Source: Planctomycetaceae bacterium UBA7805 (GTDB lineage: Bacteria > Planctomycetota > Planctomycetia > Pirellulales > UBA7805). Taken from it: DNA of 64,000 bases. The stretch covers positions 9,826 to 73,825 of the forward strand of contig DLCF01000158.1 in NCBI GenBank assembly GCA_002480485.1, written 5' to 3'. Below are positions 10,237 through 18,455 of the stretch, piece by piece (the stretch's first letter is position 1; each line of letters starts with the position of its first letter). A program made the translations under genes and the position numbers. The notes beneath the pieces are model-generated. The model was given only the letters and a program-made list of their open reading frames with translations, was not told where the DNA came from and did no database searches.

Positions 10237-11184
10237 TCAGGATCCCTGATGAGGATCCTTGATGCTACCAAGGCCACCTGATTCGGCCAACTGTCCGGTT
10301 CCGAGATTAGCAGCAGGTCCGTCCTCGGAAACGCCATCGTCACTTGGCAAGTCCGCTGAGTGGTCTGCTGCTTTTGTCCCTGACACCCCTTCCACCAATT
10401 CATTCAAAGAGATGCTTTTTCGTTTTCGATTCCGGGAATCACCTGTAGAACCTGTGTCGCTATCGGCATGACAGTTCGTGTCGGTGGATACGCGGGCATC
10501 AATACCATTCTGGCATGTCGTGTGTTTCATCACTCCAAGCCAATTTGCCGCATCAGAGGAACGCAAGCCCACCATTTTAATGGCCGTGCACAATGCTATT
10601 TTGAAATCCAGGATCAAGGTTCCACTTTGGACATATTCCAAATCGAGATCAAGCTTCTTTTGAACACTTTCAAGATCACTGTCCGCGGGAAGGATAATTT
10701 GCGCCAAACCGGTAATTCCGGGCTTTACACTCAATCGGCCAACATAACCTGGTATTTCCTTGGCGAGAAATTGTGTAAATTCAGGTCGCTCCGGTCTCGG
10801 CCCAATTATGGACATTTCGCCTCTGATCACATTGAACAATTGCGGTAGTTCATCGAGATGCGATGCCCGCATAAATTTTCCCAATGCTGTGACACGCGGA
10901 TCTGAGATACCTGCCGTCCAAACGGGCCCGCTTTTTGATTCTGCGTCATTAGCCATAGTGCGGATTTTATAAACCGTAAAGACCTCTCCCTTGAGGCCAA
11001 CCCTAGTCTGGCGGTAAATCCCTGGGCCTCGCGAAGTTAGTTTTGTAAGGATCACCAGACTCACAATGAAGGGCATGGCAAAAAACAACATCAATACGGT
11101 GGTCACCATACCGAGCCAACCGAATCGCCCAAAATAGGACGATGGCTCGGGCAGCGTCGAAAGATCTTTGCTTGAGACAGACAA
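10237..11184 (-). CDS. Undecaprenyl-phosphate sugar phosphotransferase (small monotopic 'bacterial sugar transferase')
   Basis: One N-terminal hydrophobic helix. Motifs RVGLKGEVFTVYKIRTM, DELPQLFNV, MSIIGPRPERPEF, KPGITGLAQI. Followed by a ~105-aa low-complexity tail. Confidence 0.9.
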   Translation of the reverse strand: MSVSSKDLSTLPEPSSYFGRFGWLGMVTTVLMLFFAMPFIVSLVILTKLTSRGPGIYRQTRVGLKGEVFTVYKIRTMANDAESKSGPVWTAGISDPRVTALGKFMRASHLDELPQLFNVIRGEMSIIGPRPERPEFTQFLAKEIPGYVGRLSVKPGITGLAQIILPADSDLESVQKKLDLDLEYVQSGTLILDFKIALCTAIKMVGLRSSDAANWLGVMKHTTCQNGIDARVSTDTNCHADSDTGSTGDSRNRKRKSISLNELVEGVSGTKAADHSADLPSDDGVSEDGPAANLGTGQLAESGGLGSIKDPHQGS

Positions 11185-11891
11185 CGAACTCTCCGGTTTC
11201 CCTCGGGTGTAAAACTGCGATGCGATGAGACAGCGAATGAAACGCGAAAAATCAGGTCATCCGGCGCCCTACGGGGGCCACGGCGATCGCCGTTTTCTTC
11301 GGATACCCACAGGATAGCTATCTATGCTCAACAGTTCAAATATTTTGCACAAAATCTATTCGGAACCACCTTCTACAATCGATAAAACTGGCTTAATTCC
11401 CCGAGCTCACCTGGACTGCTGGCAGTCACAGGCTTCTCAAGCTTGACCTCTGAAGGCCGCTGGACACACGGCACAATGGCTACAGCGCAGTCTGCACTGC
11501 GGTGCATTGCACGCTACTTCCGTTACGCTGCGGTGTGCGAATGGCCGAAGGTATCGCATGCCGATTTTCCGATTATTGAATAGCCAAGACAGGAGCGATT
11601 GTGGATGAGAACGAATGGTTCTAGTGATAAAATGTCGCTCGGGTAAAAATTCCAAACATGGCAGCCATGAAAATGGTGGTAACAAATAAGCCGGTCAGGA
11701 GCATCGCGGAACCGCCAACAAATATACCTGCCACACCAATAGCGTCTGCAAGTGGCAGGGCGGATGTGGCGAGGGAACTGGATAAGAGGCAAGTGTGCAG
11801 AGCTGACAGACTTTGCCAACGCCTTTCAAAAACGGCGCGAATCTCAATTTTCTACCGGCATTGCTTTGCAATGAACCTGATGTAATTCAGT

Positions 11892-12716
11892 TTACGCTGC
11901 CGCGCGGGCGCGCGAATCATTTTCGCCACGACCATCCAGCAATTCGTCAGCCATCTGCCGATAATCCACGGCGCCGTTAGATTCGGGCGCGTAGTTAAAA
12001 ATTGAACGTCCGAAACTTGGCGCTTCCGCTAAACGGATGTTGCGGCGGATTCGCGAAGAGAAAACCTTCGCCTCGGCCCACGGAACGGCTTGATCTCGCG
12101 ATTGCTCGAAAAACTGTTCTACGTCTCTGCTTACTTCCGCAGCCAAACGGGTTCCAGAATCAAACATACAAAACGCAACTCCCATTAATTTCAGACTCGG
12201 GTTCAGTTGCTGCGCCACAAGATGAATTGTCTGTAAAAGTTTGCTTAACCCGTGTAAGGCTAAAAAATGAGGTTGCATCGGCAAAATTACCTCATCAACG
12301 GCTGCGAGGGCATTGATAGTCAACACACCGAGAGATGGCGGGCAGTCGATAATCACGTAATCGTATTGCTCTGAAACTTCTGTGAGCCGATTTTTGAGGA
12401 TTAAATCGCGGCCATCGACATGGGAAAGCTCCATTTCCGCCGCGGCAAGATCAATATGACTCCCCGCACAGCAAAGATTGGCGTCGATGTTTCGTGTCGC
12501 TTGCTCCAAGGACGATTTTCCGCAAAGGACTTCGTAAATCGACAATTCCCCTGGAGCAAGTTCCATCCCCATGTGAAGTGTGGCGTGTGCCTGGGGATCC
12601 ATATCGATCACCAGAACCCGCTGTCCGCTCTCTGCCAACGCGGCTGCAACGTTGACCGTTGTGGTTGTCTTGCCGACGCCACCCTTCTGGTTAATCACTG
12701 CGATCGATCGCATCAA
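11892..12716 (-). CDS. parA: ParA/Soj-family partition ATPase (no adjacent parB)
   Basis: Deviant Walker A QKGGVGKTTT. Also VLVIDMDPQAHAT, YDYVIIDCPPSLG and IRRNIRLAEAPSFGRSI, all Soj-like. Confidence 0.9.
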   Translation of the reverse strand: MMRSIAVINQKGGVGKTTTTVNVAAALAESGQRVLVIDMDPQAHATLHMGMELAPGELSIYEVLCGKSSLEQATRNIDANLCCAGSHIDLAAAEMELSHVDGRDLILKNRLTEVSEQYDYVIIDCPPSLGVLTINALAAVDEVILPMQPHFLALHGLSKLLQTIHLVAQQLNPSLKLMGVAFCMFDSGTRLAAEVSRDVEQFFEQSRDQAVPWAEAKVFSSRIRRNIRLAEAPSFGRSIFNYAPESNGAVDYRQMADELLDGRGENDSRARAAA

Positions 12717-13091
12717 GGCCTCCCATCGCGGTCCATTGACTCAATTATCTGGTTTCAAGCCGTGGAATTGTAGAGATCGCGCATGGCCAGTGATAGGCCA
12801 ATTAACGCCTCGCGAACATCGTTCAGAGGTGAAAAAAACAATCGGAAATGCGCGCATTGCCAGCATTTTTCTCAACGCGACACGGTTGCGTCACTACCAA
12901 ATCGCTAAAACGAGCTGTGCTTAAGGACAGGATATTTGTCGGATATTACTACTCGCGATAGCCGCAATGCAGACCGCGCGAGCACGCATTGATGCGTCTA
13001 TTACACTTACGTGAGAGGACAATAAAGTCGGCATTTTTTGACTTTATTATTTCGTGATGACAGCACATAGCTGAGAGGTACTTGCGCCGCT

Positions 13092-14459
13092 CTATTTTGA
13101 GGCGGCAGCCACTTCATCCCTCTGATCGTCACGATCGCGACTGCGCAAATAAAGCTTGATCGGCACCTCGCTACACTCAAGGTTATCTCGCATGGCCCGA
13201 AGCAAATATCTGCGGTACGGTGCTGAAAATGATTTCGGATTTTTGCAAAACATGACAATCGTAGGCGGGCGGACACTCACCTGCGTAGCGTAATAAATCT
13301 TAGACTGGTGATGATGATCTAGAGGCGGAGGGTTATGTTCAAGTGCGCTTCTTAAAATTTTATTGAGCATTGAAGTCGACGCTCGAGACTGGGCTTGTTT
13401 AAAAAGCATTTGTGAATGATTTACCAAAGCCTTCACATTCTTCCCAGTCTTGGCCGTTATAAACGCAATCGGGACATAAGGCATCGTGCGGAATGTATCG
13501 TGCAAATACTGAACCCACTTTTCGGTAGGCATGCTGGCAGCATTGAGATCCCACTTATTTACCACGAAGATACATGGCTTGTATTGATTGGCAATTGTTT
13601 CACATAGCTGCTTGTCAACTTTACTGATGCGTTGACCAGCATCAAAAAACATTAGGACAACATCCGATCGCCGGATGCTTCGTTGCGCTCGATGCAATCC
13701 ATAAAAATCGATGTCGGTTTTTACACTTTTCTTGCGTCGCAGGCCCGGTGTATCGATGGCGGTAAATACCTTCCCATCAATTTCAAATCGCACGTCGATA
13801 CTGTCTCGAGTCGTTCCCGGAACTTCACTCACAATTACACGTTCAGTACCCGCAAGTTCATTAATAAAAGTACTCTTCCCAACGTTACGTCTGCCGACAA
13901 TTGCGATTTTTGCATGTGTCTCGGTGACGGAGTCCGTTGCATCATCTACGTCAACGGTTTCGGGCAGGCGCTCTACGATAAGATCGAGAAGCGTAGATCG
14001 GCCCCTGTTTTGCTTTACGCTTGTGCGTACTAGACGCCCTCTCCCCAACTTATAGAATCCATCTGCGCTGGGGTCGAGAGACTCGTTATCCGTTTTATTT
14101 GCGACACAAAGCACCGGCGTATCAATCGCATGTCGCAAACGTTTCGCAACCTCATCATCCAAAGGCATTGCGCCCGTTTGCGTATCGACAACAAATAAAA
14201 TCACATCCGCAGAGTCGATGGCTGCCTGAATCTGATCCTCAATTTGTTCGGTGAGGTTGTCAACGTCTTCACAACCGATACCTCCTGTATCGATTAATTC
14301 AAAGTAGCGATCGCTGTGGCACATAAGATACGAAAGGCGATCTCGAGTGACTCCCGCTTGGTCGTCGACAATTGCCAATCGCTTTTGGGCTAGCCAATTA
14401 AAAATACTCGACTTTCCTACATTGGGACGTCCGACAATTGCTACTTGAGGTAGTCCCAT
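13092..14459 (-). CDS. der: Ribosome-biogenesis GTPase Der (EngA)
   Basis: Two tandem G domains (GRPNVGKSS...DTGG...NKTD and GRRNVGKST...DTPG...NKWD) plus a KH-like C-terminus. The ORF opens at 14540, but the ATG at 14459 (MGLPQVAIVGRPNVGKSS) matches the family N-terminus. Confidence 0.9.
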   Translation of the reverse strand: MGLPQVAIVGRPNVGKSSIFNWLAQKRLAIVDDQAGVTRDRLSYLMCHSDRYFELIDTGGIGCEDVDNLTEQIEDQIQAAIDSADVILFVVDTQTGAMPLDDEVAKRLRHAIDTPVLCVANKTDNESLDPSADGFYKLGRGRLVRTSVKQNRGRSTLLDLIVERLPETVDVDDATDSVTETHAKIAIVGRRNVGKSTFINELAGTERVIVSEVPGTTRDSIDVRFEIDGKVFTAIDTPGLRRKKSVKTDIDFYGLHRAQRSIRRSDVVLMFFDAGQRISKVDKQLCETIANQYKPCIFVVNKWDLNAASMPTEKWVQYLHDTFRTMPYVPIAFITAKTGKNVKALVNHSQMLFKQAQSRASTSMLNKILRSALEHNPPPLDHHHQSKIYYATQVSVRPPTIVMFCKNPKSFSAPYRRYLLRAMRDNLECSEVPIKLYLRSRDRDDQRDEVAAASK

Positions 14460-14764
14460 AACAAACCGGCGAATTTCTAAAAAGTAATTAGTGAACCCAC
14501 GACGTTGCTTCAACAAATCAAGGGTTTTATCCCCATACACGCATCGTTATGAGTTCGTAAAAACGTGGCGAGTTCGAAACGTTCATCATCACATCGCAGA
14601 TCTAATCAAATCATCTGTTGATTCATATTAAGCCGGTGCCTTCGAACATGATAGCCCACGAAAAAACAGAATACTGATGGAACCCTGGACGCAATGATGA
14701 GCTAACCCGTATACTTTGCCGAACCAATAAAAATAAATCGTGCTAAATCCGGCGAGGAATTTCA

Positions 14765-15709
14765 GTGAGTGCGGGAGACAATTTCAGGCAATGTGTACGC
14801 AATGAACTAGAAAGCCTGCACCTGGCAGGTGTGACTCATGTGTCGCTTGAGGCACGTGGGGCGAATGAGGAAAAACCGGGAGTTACCTCCAGCATCGCGA
14901 GTGGAATGACAAAAGACCACGAAACAACGGTCGACCCTCCGAAGAAATCAAGTCGAACAGCCACGGGTCCGAAGCAGGCATTTGGCCCGGACGACGAAAG
15001 TCAGGGACGGGTAGCTAGTGACTCCACCCGTAACATCAAAATGGAGATCAGCTGGAAAACACGTTTGGCGGGAGCATTCAATGCACCGTACATGACCGCG
15101 CTCAGTTCATTCCTGCGTACTGAGAAAGCCGAGGGAAAACGGATTTATCCACCAGGGAGTCAGATTTTCCGGGCCTTTGAACTAACACCGTTTGAAGCCG
15201 TTAAAGTTGTCATTCTTGGCCAGGATCCGTACCACGGTGCCGGACAAGCGCATGGACTCAGTTTTTCAGTCGCAGCTGGAGTACAAACACCACCCTCTTT
15301 GCGGAATATCTATCGTGAATTAGAAGATGACCTTGGCATCTCACACCCGGGCCACGGAAATCTTGAGCATTGGGCCCGTCAAGGTGTACTGCTTTTAAAT
15401 GCATGCCTAACAGTCGAGGAAGGACATGCGGGGTCGCATCAGGGAAAAGGTTGGGAACCTTTCACCGACGAGGTAATTAGCTGTCTAAATCGCGAACGCG
15501 AAAATCTTGTATTCATTCTTTGGGGTCGCAAGGCACAAGACAAAGGTACGCAAATCGACCGCGATCGTCACCACGTAATCTGCAGTGTACACCCCTCACC
15601 ATTATCGGCATCCAATGGATTTTTTGGCAGTAAGCCGTTTTCTCGCGCGAACAATTTTCTAAAAGATACCGGGCAAGTGCCCATTGATTGGAATCCAAAT
15701 GGACCTTAG
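14765..15709 (+). CDS. ung: Uracil-DNA glycosylase, family 1 (Ung), possibly with a 92-aa N-terminal extension
   Basis: Core motifs [31 protein letters not shown] and HPSPLS. The canonical-length protein would start at ATG 15041 ([10 protein letters not shown]...). The frame is open from GTG 14765. Confidence 0.85.
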   Translation: MSAGDNFRQCVRNELESLHLAGVTHVSLEARGANEEKPGVTSSIASGMTKDHETTVDPPKKSSRTATGPKQAFGPDDESQGRVASDSTRNIKMEISWKTRLAGAFNAPYMTALSSFLRTEKAEGKRIYPPGSQIFRAFELTPFEAVKVVILGQDPYHGAGQAHGLSFSVAAGVQTPPSLRNIYRELEDDLGISHPGHGNLEHWARQGVLLLNACLTVEEGHAGSHQGKGWEPFTDEVISCLNRERENLVFILWGRKAQDKGTQIDRDRHHVICSVHPSPLSASNGFFGSKPFSRANNFLKDTGQVPIDWNPNGP

Positions 15710-15766
15710 ATGCAATCCAACGATCTTGCATGACCGGGATTCGCAAAGCCTCGCGCAGGACTAGTT

Positions 15767-17278
15767 CTAGGCAATAGCGTGGGGCACCAACTGATCGAGT
15801 ACCTCGCGGAATTTTCCGACCGTGATAGGCATTTGCAAAACTACGTGATGTTCTTTGCCATCTGTTCTGTGGATCCACTCTTCATGATGCTTGCCTAACA
15901 GGAGTACCGCCGGTATCCCCATGGTCGCCGGATTTGACGTGAACGTTTCGTATGCTTTGACCGCCTTTTCCCCGAGTTCAACTGCACTGAAGACAAGACA
16001 TTGCGCAGGAAGCTCTTGCTCCGTGAATCGCGCGATCGCTCGACGGGGATCCTCAGTCATCAACACGCGAAAACCTCGACCTTTCAAATGCGATCGCATC
16101 ATATTCTGCATGTTCGTCTCGGCTTCCACCAGCATCACCGAACGTTGCGGTCTAGTCCTTCTCGCGCTAAGCGACTCCTCTTCCTCAATCACCGTATCAT
16201 CATCTTGGTGCTGCCACTGACTTGGATCCGGTTCAATAAGTGTGCGTTGAGCAGCCTCAAGCCCGATCAATAACTCCTTGGGAGACTGATACCGCCGCTC
16301 GGGTTCAACCTCCATGGCTTTTGCAACCACCTCCCAGACAGGTCGCTGCAGGCGGGGTAACAATTTATGCAGGGGTTTCACATTTACAAATCGGTCCTTA
16401 TCCAGTCGGTTCATCCGATTTTTAGTGTCGGAGAGCGGCGGTTGTCCGGCCAGCAAGTGATAGAGCATGCACCCCGTAAAATAAATGTCACTACGCGGAT
16501 CATCCCGTCGAGCACCGGTCGACCGCTCCAAGGCAGCGTAATCAATCGTTCGGGGATTTGCCTGCTCGGTGAGATTATCGACATGGTCCATGCCTCCGGC
16601 CAGACCGAAATCTGCCAACTTTGCGATGCCACGACCCGAAACCAGCACATTACTCAACTTCACGTCACGATGAGTTATGCCTTTGCGCTGTGCATAATCC
16701 AGCGCCGAGGCCACATCCTTTATTAATCGAATGGCCTCGTCCGGTTCGCACTGCCCTCTGATCTTAATAAACTCGCGGAGATTACGTCCCTCCACAAATT
16801 CCATGACAAGAAAATGCCTATTGTCATGACTGGCAATCTCAAAAATGGATACGATATTCGGATGGCGAAGCGTCATCCCCATAGTGCCTTCACGTTGAAA
16901 ATCATCGACCTTTTGCGGATCTCTCGCGCAACTTCTCCGCATAATCTTCAAGGCAACTATTTCACCCGTGACATGATGTACGGCACGATAAACTCGGGCG
17001 AATGATCCACGCCCCACCAGGTAAAGAATCTTGTAATCGCCAAAAAAGAATCCCTTTTTTTCACCGCGAAGCACACGATTCAACTGGTAGCCAGTCAAAA
17101 ACTCGCGGCCCAGGAGTAATTCGGAAAACTGCTCCAACGATACGCTTCGGCTGCCAAGCGCTCCCCATAGATCTTTGAGTTGTCGATCGTCAATGAGGTT
17201 GAGATCGAAAAGTGTTTGCGCGAGTTTTTCCGCAGAATCAATCAGCATATGCACACCACTCGCGGGGACTTTGACCAA
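15767..17278 (-). CDS. Ser/Thr protein kinase with C-terminal receiver-like (pseudo-receiver) domain
   Basis: Kinase motifs GRGSFARVY, VALK, HRDVKLSNVL, DFGLA. C-terminal ~125 aa has a CheY-like pattern. The ORF opens at TTG 17278; the first ATG is at 17248. Confidence 0.85.
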   Translation of the reverse strand: MVKVPASGVHMLIDSAEKLAQTLFDLNLIDDRQLKDLWGALGSRSVSLEQFSELLLGREFLTGYQLNRVLRGEKKGFFFGDYKILYLVGRGSFARVYRAVHHVTGEIVALKIMRRSCARDPQKVDDFQREGTMGMTLRHPNIVSIFEIASHDNRHFLVMEFVEGRNLREFIKIRGQCEPDEAIRLIKDVASALDYAQRKGITHRDVKLSNVLVSGRGIAKLADFGLAGGMDHVDNLTEQANPRTIDYAALERSTGARRDDPRSDIYFTGCMLYHLLAGQPPLSDTKNRMNRLDKDRFVNVKPLHKLLPRLQRPVWEVVAKAMEVEPERRYQSPKELLIGLEAAQRTLIEPDPSQWQHQDDDTVIEEEESLSARRTRPQRSVMLVEAETNMQNMMRSHLKGRGFRVLMTEDPRRAIARFTEQELPAQCLVFSAVELGEKAVKAYETFTSNPATMGIPAVLLLGKHHEEWIHRTDGKEHHVVLQMPITVGKFREVLDQLVPHAIA

Positions 17279-17448
17279 GCAGCATCGCTGTGCTACCTGA
17301 AGGATTTTGCGATTTCAGTAATGAACAGGACCGCACCGCGCTCTTATTTATATTAGACAGTAGGTTCTTAGCATTCAATGTAAACACTGGTATCCAGTCA
17401 ACGGATGTGAGAATAAATGTCGCAAAACGCAGGAGTTGTGATAACGCA

Positions 17449-17718
17449 ATGAATGTAAAAAAGCACCAAACATTTTTCATTGGCTTAGTTATCATCGGAG
17501 GTCTGTCTTCAACGGAGATGATTGCTGGGCCCGCTTCGGCTCCGAAATCACCGGTGCATCACCTAGACTTTGGGATTTTTTTAATTTTCTGGCTCGGCAT
17601 TGGAATCAACACCATCGCCTTCCAAGTCGCCGCACCAATCGGTCGGCAGAGCTTGAGGCCTCTTTCACTCCGGAAAAGCCACAGTCGCCATCATCTCGCA
17701 GAAAAGACCTCTCAATGA
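17449..17718 (+). CDS. Hypothetical small membrane protein (89 aa)
   Basis: Internal ATG of ORF 17290..17718, with AGGAG 13 nt upstream. MNVKKHQTFFIGLVIIGGLSS looks like a signal/anchor, and FGIFLIFWLGIGINTIAF looks like a second TM. No recognisable family. Confidence 0.3.
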   Translation: MNVKKHQTFFIGLVIIGGLSSTEMIAGPASAPKSPVHHLDFGIFLIFWLGIGINTIAFQVAAPIGRQSLRPLSLRKSHSRHHLAEKTSQ

Positions 17719-17742
17719 GGCACGGGCATGATGAGACTGCCG

Positions 17743-17762
17743 AAGCTTACTTAAGCTTACTT
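17743..17762. repeat. Perfect tandem direct repeat, 2 x 10 bp (AAGCTTACTT)
   Basis: Read directly: aagcttactt aagcttactt. Each unit contains the palindrome AAGCTT. Lies in intergenic DNA. Confidence 0.9.
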
Positions 17763-17891
17763 ACGACCAACACAATCACCAAATGTCAGTTCCGCCATGC
17801 GGGGGCGGATTTAAATATCCAGATTAATGTGCCTGAGATGACTCTCGATGTAACTGCCCGCGCGGTCACAGTGTTCCGCACTTCCAGTTAA

Positions 17892-18182
17892 TCAATAATG
17901 CTCTTCCAATTGCTCGCGATAGGTATCACGTTCTCGACGTGTTGCCTCTAGGTCAAACATCAAATACTTCATATCCAATCTCAGTTGGCTCAGCGCATCC
18001 TGCACGAGTGAAAGAATTCGACGTCTACGCTTGGTGCTCGCGGCAACACGCATCAACGCAGGTTCCAATTTCTCGCGGTATTGCGCGGGAAGCGTGGAAA
18101 CAGCAGACATTAATTGGCGCACATCGGCGGGCATCTCTACGGCTTTGTCGGCGTCAGCAATAAGGGGTTGTATGTCACTCAT
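17892..18182 (-). CDS. Hypothetical small helical (coiled-coil-like) protein, 96 aa
   Basis: ATG with GGAGA 12 nt upstream. Charged heptad-like C-terminus (LRLDMKYLMFDLEATRRERDTYREQLEE). No family recognised. Confidence 0.5.
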   Translation of the reverse strand: MSDIQPLIADADKAVEMPADVRQLMSAVSTLPAQYREKLEPALMRVAASTKRRRRILSLVQDALSQLRLDMKYLMFDLEATRRERDTYREQLEEHY

Positions 18183-18455
18183 CTTTTGTCATTCTCCAGG
18201 ATTGCGGTAATGTTCAAAGGATCACCGCAGCGCTCGTGCCAGTCCGTCTGGCGTTCCCCCATCGTAATGCCGTAAGCCTAGTCTTGGCAAGCTTTTTGTC
18301 ATTTTTTATTGCTTACCAGCAGATCACCCGAGTTTGCTCATTTTGGGCTGGCCGCTTGCCGCAAATCCTGTTAGAAGCAGACTTTATATAACTCCTGCGA
18401 GCCGTGATAGCCGTGTGGTTTTCTTACCACATCGCTAACGTTTCCATAAACGCGC

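Noticed and set aside
11437-11819. ORFs 11437..11685 and 11523..11819 (also 30160..30543 and 53074..53274) as real genes in long intergenic regions
   Set aside because: Their translations are dominated by Cys, Arg, His and Trp, or are otherwise non-protein-like. None has an RBS or a family motif.
11185-11891. A decayed parB pseudogene downstream of parA
   Set aside because: I read all three minus-strand frames. I saw no ParB-like motif (GERRxRA, HTH region) and only stop-rich or compositionally odd frames. A profile search is still needed (see findings).
13021-13048. A perfect 9-bp-stem hairpin (AATAAAGTC-N10-GACTTTATT) downstream of der, and the 46635-46651 hairpin downstream of the adenosyltransferase gene, as intrinsic terminators
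   Set aside because: Neither is followed by a U-tract in the direction of transcription (minus strand). The first stem is A/T-rich. They are structures, but not canonical Rho-independent terminators.
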